From Mizuhopecten yessoensis (taxonomy: Eukaryota): DNA of 64,000 bases. The translations under genes were made by a program, and so were the position numbers. Below, piece after piece: positions 52,246 to 64,000 of this stretch. The DNA lies in assembly GCF_002113885.1 (NCBI RefSeq), contig NW_018407859.1, forward strand, positions 191,654-255,653, written 5' to 3'. The notes beneath the pieces were generated by a model. The model worked only from the letters and a program-made list of their open reading frames with translations. It had not been told where the DNA came from and made no database searches. Each line of letters starts with the position of its first letter. The first letter of the stretch is position 1.

Positions 52246-53439
52246 TTTATAAAAGTTATGATAACACAAAATGATAGCCATATCAAGTTTTTCGTGAAGG
52301 ACTTTTCAGAAAGTTGGCTTCATTTGAGGAAAATCATTAAGCATATGATATTTTATATATAAGTGTATTTCTATTCTTTCATATTTCATGCCATCCAGTT
52401 CTGGTTCAATGGAAAGATCTGTATGTGACTTGAATAAAGTTATATGTTGAGAAAGAAGAAGCACTTTATGATCTCTCTAGGTCTGCTGCACGGAGGTATA
52501 TGATGATATGGGGCCGAACTAGCTGTATTCAGAGACCTTTGATCGGATGGGAGGAGTCTGGGTATCTCAGGAACACATATTGACTTGTTAAGGACTTTAT
52601 AATTGTATATTTATGTGTCATTATCTGGACATAAAGTTGTGCAAGGAACTAGATCTTCGTGTCATTTTACATAAGGCTTGTACCATGGGCTGTAAAATTG
52701 TAAAATATGCATCACAGATCAAAGTTAGGGTGTTCAAAGACATGAGAATTACAAAAGAACGGACACTCGTTTCTAATGTTATTGGTATTTTACAGCTACG
52801 GTAAATATGATATATGTTACATGAAAAAAAATCCATCCAAGTACATTTAGTAAATTTCAAATAATGAATTTTTGTCATTATTTGTGAAATACTAACATAT
52901 CAAAAAAGAAATACAAGCTCTGACAATGAAGATTCATTGGTTGGAAAGAATAATAGTTTATAATGGGGTAAGTTATGATAAAATTCTAATTTTGTAAGTT
53001 ATCTGGTAGAATCAGACTTAGCATTTTCTCATGTTCGGGACCTTGATACAGTCTAGCTATTTCTACTCTGTGCTTGCTCCAGCTACTGATATTGATGAGC
53101 AACTGGAGGGAAGGTGGAGAGGTTATAATAGCCCTCCCCTATCAAGGGACCGCCTCTAATTAATTGGGTGTAGCTAGGAACACAGGGTCATCAGATATTG
53201 GCTAATTTACTAATTGATCAATTTCAGGAATAAGATACAGCTGTTTCTACATAGCTGGTATAGCACTAACACTGCTGTCTATTTCACTTGTCCTTTAGAC
53301 TCTGTAAATATACAATGCACATCTCATTCTACTGGACAGTGGGATACATGACCAATAAGACAAATTTGACATGGTGAAAAAATATACGTACTGGTATGAG
53401 CAAATTTGTTTCAAAGGATGTTGGACAAAACTTTCATAT

Positions 53440-53710
53440 GGAGAAAATAACTCGTTTTAATTTCTCCTTTTTGTCGAAATCTAGAGCACGGATTTCTTCC
53501 TCGTAACTCATGAATTAGACAAAATTTCAGCCCTGCACTCGCCATATCTGCCTGGCACGCACCATATCTGCCTGGCACGCACCATATCAGTTTTACTTCC
53601 GGTCCTCATATTTAAAAATTGTGCCTCAAGTACATTTGATTTGGGTTATTGCAAATAATCGTGAATATATTAGAACTACATCCAAATTTTTAGCAATAAC
53701 CCAATTACAA
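53440..53710. mobile_element. Remnant of a hairpin-ended interspersed repeat
   Basis: 12-bp perfect inverted arms ttgggttattgc (53641-53652) / gcaataacccaa (53693-53704). CpG-containing body with a 20-bp duplication ccatatctgcctggcacgca. Confidence 0.45.
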
Positions 53711-54225
53711 TATAACTGTAATATGACCATTTCTGTATTCTACCCCTTATCAACCTGGGAACTCTTCAGAGAAGCCAATTCAAGTCTAGAATTGATGCTG
53801 ACAATTGATACTGGAGAGGTGAAGAAAAATGTCCTATTATTACCATCTTTTCATATGAAAAAGATTATAATTGTACTTAACGTTGGATAGATCTTTACTG
53901 CAACAGATCAATCGAAGCACATTGTAAATCCAGATCTTTGCATCACATCAAATGTAAGTGTAATATATATCCAGATATCTGTTTACCCTGTTCATCTCAG
54001 TGATTATTGGTCCAAGGTATTTTTGAGATCTCGCAAACTTAGGATAAACATTATGTAATTTATAGGTGTTGATAACAAATGAAGAAAAACGTTAAAAAGT
54101 CCATGAATATTAGATATTGATTGTGCAACACCTCCATGATAGTTTAGAAGGACTTTTGTTGGAACCTTTAAAGAAAGGTTTCAATAAAGAAAATCCAGAG
54201 GCATTGATAAGATCACATCAGAAAT

Positions 54226-54294
54226 AGAACAAGTGGTAGCTGTTACCTTACAGTCTGGTAGAACATGTGGTAGCTGTTGCCTTACAGTCTGGTA
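54226..54294. repeat. 34-bp tandem duplication
   Basis: agaaca(a/t)gtggtagctgtt(a/g)ccttacagtctggt x2. Confidence 0.9.
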
Positions 54295-57200
54295 TATGTA
54301 GGACATTTATTTGATTTCCTGGCAAAAAATGTGAAAAATAAAAAATAAATAGATTAACTTTGAGTAACAGTTGTATTCACATAGCCTGAAATGTACTTTA
54401 CGATGAAATAGAGAACAGGAATTCAACGAGGAAAACAAAATGAACACTTTCTCTAGCCAATGTCTGTATTTAGCAATGCCAATGGATCTTAAAGCATTGT
54501 TGATATATAAAACTACAAGCTAGTCTTGTGTTTGGTACATATATTTCTGATGAATGTTGTATCTTTGATGTCTGAATTTTTGTCAAATTTGTTTTTTAAA
54601 TCCTATTTACAGATTCAGACTTGAGAGGACTTTCATTCCGAATCTCAATAAACAAAAGGCACATTGACATTTTTTAATTTAAAAAAACCATGCAAAGATA
54701 TGCAGATTTGCGAGAATTCAGATGGTTTTTATTCAAGTTGGAATTTGATTATTTTGCAGTTTCATAAGTATATTTATGAGCTGATTTGCTGGAGATGAAA
54801 ACGTTAAGATAACAAGATAGGAAGTGGAACAATAAGGGTTTGAAGTTTGCCTGATCGTAATCTTATAATTTCATATGATACTAGCTGCATTCCTGTCATA
54901 TTAAACTCAATTTCTGTGAAATTACACCAAATATTTCTTTCCTTCTATCTCCATATTTCACAATAGATTGACCCAAAATGATAGATAGGAGAGTCTATTT
55001 TAAAAATTGGGGATGCGAGGATTACCTTGGTGGGTGGGAGATCACAGTTACATGTTACACAGCATAATTCGACAGACATAAAAGTCTGTCTGCTATCCAG
55101 AATCAAAATCCTTTCCACTATGGTAGTAAAGGATAATCTGAGAACAAACAGGGTAGATCTAGGCAGCATTACTGTGATACCTTTTGTTCATGTGTAGCAT
55201 CACACCGGTAATTTGTCTTCGGTTCAAAGAGCCTATTATCAAGTGATATTGTCCAACCGTCTTCTTTTGATGCAATTTATGCTCAAATGCTGAACATGAT
55301 GAGCTGAAAAGAAACAAAATGAGCTAACAAATTAGATAGGTACGATAAAGAATCTACAGATATGTGAATATAATTTCTCCTTCGATAAATTGTTTTTCTG
55401 AAAACGTACTGCGGCATGAAATGTTTGATGTCTGTCTGAGATTGCGCCATTCTATCCGTGTGACGGTTTTTGTCTGCACTTCCTCCAATCTGAGGCTGGA
55501 GACATGCACAACAATAGCATTTTGTACGAGTCGATAACAAGGTCTAGCTTCTAGCTGTGCTTAATTTCACAACCTACGTATCAACTTTATACTCAGCTCT
55601 ACTACATCTGCAGTCCATTTGCAATTTCCTTTCTCAATGAGATAGTAGGAACTTTTACAATAGAAAGGGCAAAGATTTTAAAGCCATTATCAGAAAGCAA
55701 GCAGAGTAAGATAATGACTTATTTGTATTGGAGGTGCAGATTGCATGAACACCATGTGTTTCTTGTTGGTTGGTTTTGGAGTTGAGAATGATCGTGTTGC
55801 TAAGGTTACGATGGTGATGATCCTGTTGCCAGGGTTACACCATGATGAGGTAGCTCATACGTAAAAAGGAAATGCATTGATCTTATTTATTCATCAAAGA
55901 GTGGTGAATAAATATAGATATCACAGGTATATGTGATGAAGAGGAATAATTTCTTTCCTTGTCGTACATTAGTAGAAATAAAATGTGTGTAAATGAAAAG
56001 CAGCACAGGCCTATCCATTTTCATGTGACGTCTTGATAGATCTGATCCCATATTTCCTATAGGTCAAAAAAAGAGGATTTCCTATAAAAAAAAAAAAATA
56101 CTCTTATACAAAATATTAACCTTCATGAAATGGAACCTAATATATACCTGTAACGTTCTTGCATTATTATCAGGGACAATGAGATTTTCAGCCACAAATG
56201 TACAATCTGCTGGTCCATTGGTTATACACTATGTAGATTTTAATTGTGATATAATTCAGTTATATGATACTGGAAATCAGAAGAAGAAGAAGAAGAAAAC
56301 TGATTTCTGTAAGCTTTCTGTAAATTTCCTAAGGTAAATAGTGAAAATAGTGAAAATCAATTATAAAATTGGTGCAAAATTGATGACAGCCAAGTTAATG
56401 GGTTCTGGCATTTAGAACAGTTAGCAATACACACCAGAATCTAGCTGAAATGTTAGTACCTGTTTTCAACAGAGAAATAAATAATGTCTTACCTGAGGTT
56501 GTGCAGAAATTCTTAATCAAAGGTCTGTATGATAAGGAAATCACTTCAGCTGCTGCTGGAAGTAGAAATAAATGGCATTAGAGGGAATATCCCACCAATC
56601 TGCCAGAAGTTTGAAGTTTACAGGTATTTATCATTGGTAGTGTGGGAAATCACCATTACAGAATGAGGGGAAAACATTTAACAGATATACAAAAAAGTAA
56701 TCTGTAGATAGCCATGTAATTCATGTTGGTATAATGTTCATGAACTTTAAACAGAAAGACCTATAGACGTCCAATGCAACAACCACGGCACAATGATTTG
56801 CTCTCGCGTTTTCTTGCGATAGAAATTATGTTTCTGTACGAAAAATGTTTCAGGTAGTTTGGTTTAGCCAGGGAAGGTAAATGGCCTAAGTGTGCCTTTG
56901 GGGGAGGTTGTTCACGGTCCATCTTGAGTGGTTGTGATGGAATTGGTCCAAACTTCCTTGTAAGTGGTACTGATAAGAGCATATATGCACAATTCATTCT
57001 GGACGTGTTTCATTGTTTTGTGGGATGCGGGGTCGTGTAGATTTGTAAGAGTTCTGACCTTTATCACATAGATGTTATCGTTAATCAGTGTGTACAGGTA
57101 GCTAACGAGTCTGGAGACACAAGAACAGTCCGTCTCACACCTTCAGGTAACGATGCTGTTTGGTGTTTACAGAGGAATCCCTATTGGCATTGTCGACATA

Positions 57201-58322
57201 TCAGCAGAATCAAGCTCCCCTTATCATACACCTTACATCTACGCCATGGTGTGGGATCTATCTCCCCGTACCCATTCTCCACAGTCGTAGAAGATTACTG
57301 CAGATTTTCTACATTATTTGGCCATTACTTGATATTAAGCCAAGAATGTCTATGGCTAGTACTACAGGAATGATATATTTTAGCAGTGATTTAAATGGCA
57401 TTCTTTACAAAAACAATTATTCTGAAAGAGAACTTTTTTACTTTGAAAGAAAGACAAAATACTTCGATGAATTTGAAAGAAAATACCTAAAAAAGCCTTT
57501 GTACCTTTGCCAGTAACTAGGCATTGTTGTTTTGAAATGAACTGCATGCTGTAACAACATCATAATTCGGTTTATTTGAAACATGTCTTAGGAATTTATT
57601 GGCTAACAAACTTGCTTTCTGCAATTTGTCTAGTACACAGAAGAATAAATTCTAGCAACAGTTATAGTTGGCAAGGACATGGAGATCAGGACATACAGAA
57701 GCTTTACATCAAAAGTAATGTTTTCATCAAGGTAGTGTTCTCACAATGGCCATAATCAGGTACAAACCGTTCACAAGACGTCAGCATCTACAACGACAAC
57801 AGAAAACCTGTTCATCACATGCGTACCACAAATAAATAATGAAAAAATATTGCAGTCAACCAAAATTCTGTGATGTATTTGTTAAATCAAACATCAGGGT
57901 ATGGCCTTAAGTGACCTTTAATGGCAGATTGAGTAAAAAGGTTAAAAGTTAATATCAAATCAAGATATATGGAATAAAAGCTGTGTGAGATTCTCTGTGA
58001 ATAAGTGCCTAATTCAATATTAGATTTATTCGTTCCAAGTTACATTAACTTAAATTAACTCTTGACTTACAATGGATTACAATCATGTAGAAGCAACTCC
58101 TCTCAGAGAAAGTAGAGGTGGTCTCAATTTGTCTGTATTTCAATCCAAGAATGAAAAAATGCCGTTACACTTGTAACAGATATGCTAATTATAGGTTAAC
58201 TCTTTCTCCAATATAATGCTTGCCTTACATCAAAGGCAGACAGGAAACTCCATTATAAAAATTGTTTTTCTAGTTGGTAATTTTATGGGGAAAAAGTTAA
58301 AGGTTCACAGGATAGAAAATAG

Positions 58323-58902
58323 GTTATTCTGTAATTTACCTATTATAAGTGATACAGCTAACCGTACATTGGTATTCTGTATTTTACCTATCATAAGCGA
58401 TACAGCTAACCGTACATTGTTATTCTGTAATTTACCTATTATAAGCGGTACAGCTAATGGTACATTGTTATTCTGTAACTTACCTAATATAAGTGATACA
58501 GCTAACTGTACATTGTTATTCTGTAATTTACCTATTATAAGTGATACAGCTAACCGTACATTGGTATTCTGTATTTTACCTATCATAAGCGATACAGCTA
58601 ACCGTACATTGTTATTCTGTAGTTTACCTATTATAAGCGATACAGCTAACCGTACATTGTTATTCTGTAATTAACCTATTATAAGTGATACAGCTAACCG
58701 TACATTGTTATTATGTAATTTACCTATTATAAGTGATAGAGCTAACTGTACATTGTTATTATGTAATTTACCTATTATAAGCGATACAGCTAACCGTACA
58801 TTGCTATTATGTAATTTACCTATTATAAGCGATACAGCTAAATGTACATTGTTATTCTGTAATTTACCTATTATAAGCGATACAGCTAACTGTACATTGG
58901 TA
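58323..58902. repeat. 48-bp minisatellite, about 12 copies
   Basis: ttattctgtaatttacctattataagtgatacagctaaccgtacattg; explains the repetitive ORFs at 58216-58908. Confidence 0.97.
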
Positions 58903-61392
58903 TATTGAGCTAAATTTGCTGTGAGGTAGATTTACAATGTCACAATACTTTTTCTCCTAGAAAGATTGAAGGTCATGATTTCAAATCCATGTAACTATTG
59001 AATTTGTGTACGCCCACAGTAAATGTCCTTCCTTCGAACCGTTTCTAGTACCTCAAGCTTGCATGCTTACCAGCTGAACCAATGTGTCTAGGGGAAGAAC
59101 CCAAGTGGGAAAATCTTCAAAAGTCCAATGAGTACTTACATTGACCACCACTTGACAAGATATTTGTGCAAAATGCCCTATTTTAAGGTGTTTTATTAAA
59201 TGTATTAATTAATTTATGCAAAAAGGAAGAATAAGGAATTCAACTTATTTCAAAAACCATTAATGAAAGTTAACAATTGGTAATCTGCTTCCTAAATAGG
59301 GAGACTTAGCAAGTATGAGTTTGTTATATTTTGTAAGTTTCATGATAACAAACACACTTCATGAATGAAAACAATTTAGAATATAACAATATTTTTCACT
59401 AATAAATGCAATTCATATATTGCAATGGAGTGGTTCTGTGTGAATGATTTTAGTTAAGCATTGCATATTGCAAGGTGCAATTATTGATAGTTCAGACCAA
59501 ACAGATTTTGGTTTTTTTATGGATTTTTTTATGGGAGCTACCTTCCATGCTGGATGGCCTTTGTACATGTAATGCAGACTGACATCTATCATGGTCTGTT
59601 GCTATATTTTAAAGTTTATTTTCAGTAATGGGATAATAGCATGTCTAGGTATATTTTGTCTGGGGTAAATCAATTATATTTGTTCTTGGTGTGAGTGTAA
59701 GTATTCCAGGCCAGCACCCATTGGGCGATGTAGGATTATAGTCCATCATCAAAACTGTCCGGGATGAGGAACGATGGTAGGGCATACAGGCAGGAAAATG
59801 ACTAAACCCAAAATATATTCCTGTATCACATTAGTACAAGTGCTTGTTTCCTAATTTAGTATTAAGATGTCTAAATCTTAAAGTATTTAATCAAGTTTTA
59901 AAGTTTCCATTTCTGTTTCTATATAAATGACTAGAAGTGTTAATGATATACAATAATGTCACTGTTAATTGGGTAAAAATTCTAATTATGTCATGTTACA
60001 ATGATCAGCTTTGATGTTCTGTGCAAAAGGAAATCGGTAAGTTAAGCTTTGATGTTAATTATAAATCACTTTTAAATACAATATTAATGCTAAGTTCTCT
60101 GAATAGAATTATGTAAAATGGAAATAAATGAGCTAAGAAGGTTACCCGTTTTTCCATACACTTTATATATAAAGAATAAATGCTGACAGTACCTATTTAG
60201 TGTTTGGACCTATGATGATAACTACAGCTAGCAGGTAGCTGGGCATTCACACAAGTGGTACCAGCATGTTGGCAGTCGGTACATATGTTATACACAAAGA
60301 AGGGATAGCCCTGAGCAGGACAATAAAACCACATCCCCCTCATCAAGGAAGTAACGGTGGTTTTCTGGTAGATAAATCAGGGGGTGCTAAACTTCACTTT
60401 CCCTGCAGCTGATGAAAGCATTTGGGAACTACAAAAGACATCTTCAACTAATAAAAGGGTGCAGACTTGTACACCAAGGTACCTGTGAACACCAGGAGCA
60501 CAGCCTGGTGGCACTAGAGCTGTATAGATTGATCCCTTCTTATCTCACGACACCAGCATCTCTTTAATTAGCCCATCTTTTCACAGTCGATTGGGTTCAC
60601 GATCTGGAAATGTCTCAGGAATTTGGAGATACTGGTATCTAGATTTAGAGCGATATACTGTCGGAGGAGTTTTGATCATTGACCCTTCTAATTGACATCA
60701 TCCACTATCTCAGAATCGCACTTTACCTGCTATGTACAGGTATGACATGACTGAAAAATCTGCTAAGTAGCTTACAATATTGGATTTGATTCTGCATAGT
60801 TATTTATAAATGATCTGTAGTATTCTTGTTAACTCGTAAGTAATCTGGCCTCTGTCAGAACGCAAATTGTTTTAAAAGACAGTGGGACAAGTTAACGGTA
60901 AATACTGGGGTATCTGGTGATATTTGAGATGTGACCTATTTATAGTCGCAGAGTAACAAATGGATATATCAGGTGTGTTTTATGGCCGAGTTAAATATCT
61001 AACCTAAAAGTACATTATAATTATACACCTTAAGTTTGAATTTGTAGTAAATTAAGAGATATATATTTAGAAATTATTTTATATGTGCTAATAGCTGGTA
61101 AATGTTTTTTTAGTATTGTGTTATCAGGACTTAACTTCATGACTGACTATGTTCAGAAAATGTAAATCATATGTTCAGAAAATGTATATGATAAGCCCCG
61201 CAATGCTTTTAAATAATGGTATAATCAACTTACCATTGGGAATCCATTTGTTTTGTTTTCCATTTGAATATTATATGTAATGTATTCTTATAACATATTT
61301 TTATTGTAAATGCACTGATTATAGGACAATATATCCTTAAGGAGATGTCTACTGAATTAGTTTCAGTACCACATACATGTACTTCCTTACAA

Positions 61393-61625
61393 GTGGTTTT
61401 CGGTGGTGCAGTGGATAACCCACTCGCCTTTCACCAAGGCGACCACGGTTTGATTCCCCGATCAGGTATAAAAAGGTATGGAGATATCTGCCTGACCACA
61501 CAGGTTTTCTCTGGTACTCCCCAACATTAGGACCCCTTCCTGTTAACATTTGAGCCAACAAGAGTGGTAAAGTTCAAATAACTTCTTTCATAATTGTTGT
61601 AAAATGAATAAAGTTTATATATTAT
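61393..61625 (+). mobile_element. tRNA-derived SINE, same family as 31091-31326
   Basis: ggtggtgcagtgg (A box), ggtttgattcccc (B box), aaaaggtatgg, caggttttctctggtactcc core, and a shared tail aacaagagtg..tttcataattgtt.taaaat. Confidence 0.85.
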
Positions 61626-61791
61626 ATATACATATTCCTCATGTTATAAGAACAATAAAATTCCCAGGACAATACAAAGGAACTGATCATGGGACAATTT
61701 AACAGGACATGTTCTCAATTAGTATCTGGGTATCACCGTAAAACCTTCAGCATGTCACAATGACAATAAAAATTAAGGAAATTTTGTTTAT

Positions 61792-61848
61792 GTCAAGTTG
61801 TGTGTATAAATCAATGTAGGAATCGTGTTTAACCGTGTCTTTGGTGTC
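61792..61848 (-). pseudogene. Short Penelope-like reverse transcriptase relic (DTKDTVKHDSYIDLYTQLD)
   Basis: Resembles the Penelope-like RT motif I recall as DTTDTVKSASYLDLHLEID. Similarity stops immediately after the motif. Confidence 0.4.
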
Positions 61849-64000
61849 TAGAACAATACTCTCCATATCATTAAAATAATGTAACCTTGGCAAACTGTCA
61901 AACATTATGTGGAGAGCATGACGCTCTGAAACAGTCGGACAATAGAAGAACATGAAAATTATAATAGATTTCTTCCCTAATGTTGTTACGGAAATTTATG
62001 GTTCTAAAATGAAATTAAAACGCGTGATTGAAAGGGGTTTCCCTCCTCATTGAGATGCCTGCAGGCACCAAACCCTTGACTTGGGTGACACCGTCGTGGC
62101 GGTAGAGCAGGGTCCCGACTGTCTCCTGGGGACAGCGGTCACTGACGCCTGCTAAGATGAGTCATACTGTAAATGAATTGTTCCCTCCATTACCATTTAT
62201 AAGAACAATGTGAGAGTGCCTCCTCTTCTCTTGAAGGAAACTGTAAACCTTTGAACCTTACTGGCTGATAATCACTCCCATTTTCATTAGTTAAAGAGCT
62301 TTTTGCACAAAGATCACAGAATGTTATCAATACATTGAATTATTTATAGAAATACTTTTCTAAAAGAAAAAAATCACAAAAGTGGCTGTCAGATTATTGT
62401 TCAGCATGATGGATATCACTTTTTTTTTAATTCATTTAAAGTCAAAATCCAAGGCCTTCTTCATGATTTAGTGGCTAAATCATGTTTAATCCAATGAATT
62501 ATTTCCAAATTCAGGAATAGAAAACGCACCAAAATGTCTGGAAAGTGTCCATGGAACATTGCTGTAAAGTATGACATTTGAAATGATCGCATTATCTTAC
62601 CAAAAATTGTAAGGCTTGCATAGCAGGTGCTGATAAGTTAAGCCCATATTACTTTTTTTTTCAAAAAAGGATCATAGCCATTATAAAGCTGTTGAACTTT
62701 TACATTATAGCGGCTTAATATTAAGCACATTTCTTGGGGAGAGAATTATGATTATGATATTGGAGAGATTTATATGTTGCTGAAGGATGACTTGTCTATG
62801 AAGGATGAGTTGTATGAAAACGGTTTTAAAACATCTGAAAGTATATGTTGTGTGTTGAGGCTAATGTGTTACCCATCGATACCTCGACCCCTAACTGATG
62901 GGCAGGACATGTAAATCTCTGTACAGCCTCAGTTTAGGACATTATTGCATTATTAAACCTGAACAATGCTAACACCAGTTTTAGTGGGTGAAAACTTGAG
63001 GTGTTTGAAGTGTGTACGGGGTAGTAATCGCCTGGTTTGTAGAATGTCAGGATTTCACTTTAACCGCCATCAACATGGGACCAGAATGTAGCCATAAAAA
63101 CACTAATCCCACTACCATAGAAAGACATTTCTGTACACAAATCAGGTTAACGTTGACTTTTATTAGGACCATCTTTATATTGCAGTATTTCTCACAAAAT
63201 ACCTCTCTGTATTACCTATACCAAGCGAGCTATTGGGTGTGGCAATAGGTTCCGTTTACAAGTTGTGGTGCTGGACTGATTCCTTCTATCTCGTTGTGGA
63301 TGATAGTCTCTTGGTGAGGAGCCTATGATGGCTATCAAGAGTTCAGAAAACCTGGGATCAGATTCTTAATAGGCAGGTCTAACTATACCTACTCATTCCA
63401 TATGTTCTTTTCTACAAAATATCCATACTCTATGACCAATGCAGAAAATAAATGAAACAAAGAATTATATGTTATTAAGAATGCTATTGTGTAGTTGTTC
63501 AAAGATTTATTAGCTGAACAAACTCATTTGAACTTAAATGTTCAAATGAATTTGTTTTCCCGAAATATCTTTTCAAATTAAAAGTTTTTTAGCATTCAGA
63601 TTCACAATTTTGAATATTGTCTCTATTCAGTTTTATGTAAGAATGTCCTTGTTCTAGAAAAAAAAAACACTTGATAAGTTCAAAAAGATTTGTATTAAGT
63701 GGTCAGGGTTGTGGGACTTGGAATATTTTGGCTCAGATGACAATTAGTGTGGTTATAGTTTTTCTGTCTGAACGTTTTGATATTTTACACATGTAAACCA
63801 TGAGGAATGTTTTTTGTGAAATTAATTCATGCGCATACATCGGTGGTATTTCCAGAAGATTTACGGTATCAACACCTATTATTTACATTTCAAACATTAT
63901 GTAATTTGACCCACTTAGATCCTATCTAACTAAATTTTTAAACAAACAAAGGATTGATATTGGCTTGAATTTCATAACAACTGGCTGTGTCCCATCAGAT

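Noticed and set aside
51216-55860. Partial matches to conserved miRNA 5' ends (tcacaacctgc at 51216, tgaggtag at about 55845)
   Set aside because: Matches stop after 8-11 nt and there is no precursor hairpin.
58216-58908. Repetitive ORFs (LFCNLPIISDTANRTL)n, and similar ones at 35072-35435, 41826-42690, 48861-49834 and 51526-51714
   Set aside because: Translation artefacts of minisatellites; interrupted by stops or frameshifts and without splice context.
311-63248. The supplied 60-152-aa ORFs as protein-coding genes
   Set aside because: Short, often starting at TTG/GTG, with random-looking composition and no recognisable full domains; expected by chance in eukaryotic non-coding DNA.
1-64000. 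Apparent abundance of GATA (GATAAG) and E-box motifs and of 6-7-bp hairpins
   Set aside because: Rough expectation from base composition already predicts dozens of each; enrichment cannot be shown without computation.

Overview
AT-rich (roughly 35% GC by eye), CpG-poor eukaryotic genomic DNA. The repeat families present (HINE/Helentron-like elements, V/Meta-core tRNA SINE, tRNA-containing LTR) suggest a bivalve mollusc. None of the supplied ORFs looks like a real gene. The window appears to be almost entirely intronic sequence of one large + strand gene. The only well-supported coding exon is 37515-37730: a short 5'UTR, ATG at 37592, a 46-aa signal-peptide-like N-terminus and a phase-1 AG|GTAAGT donor. 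It is followed by more than 26 kb with no further recognisable exon, and there are candidate upstream non-coding exons. The rest contains about six large unrelated minisatellites, many small local duplications, a young long-TIR MITE, two copies of one SINE family, HINE remnants, hairpin-ended elements and tiny protein-like relics (HMG-box-like, Penelope-RT-like). The most unusual structures are (i) a 66-bp minisatellite with a forward-inverted-forward rearrangement whose inverted copy appears to preserve an ancestral two-unit locus, (ii) a tandem array built from the tRNA-like part of a Helenus-like LTR, and (iii) an isolated exact 30-bp duplicate 7 kb apart. All calls were made by eye; no database search or computation was run.
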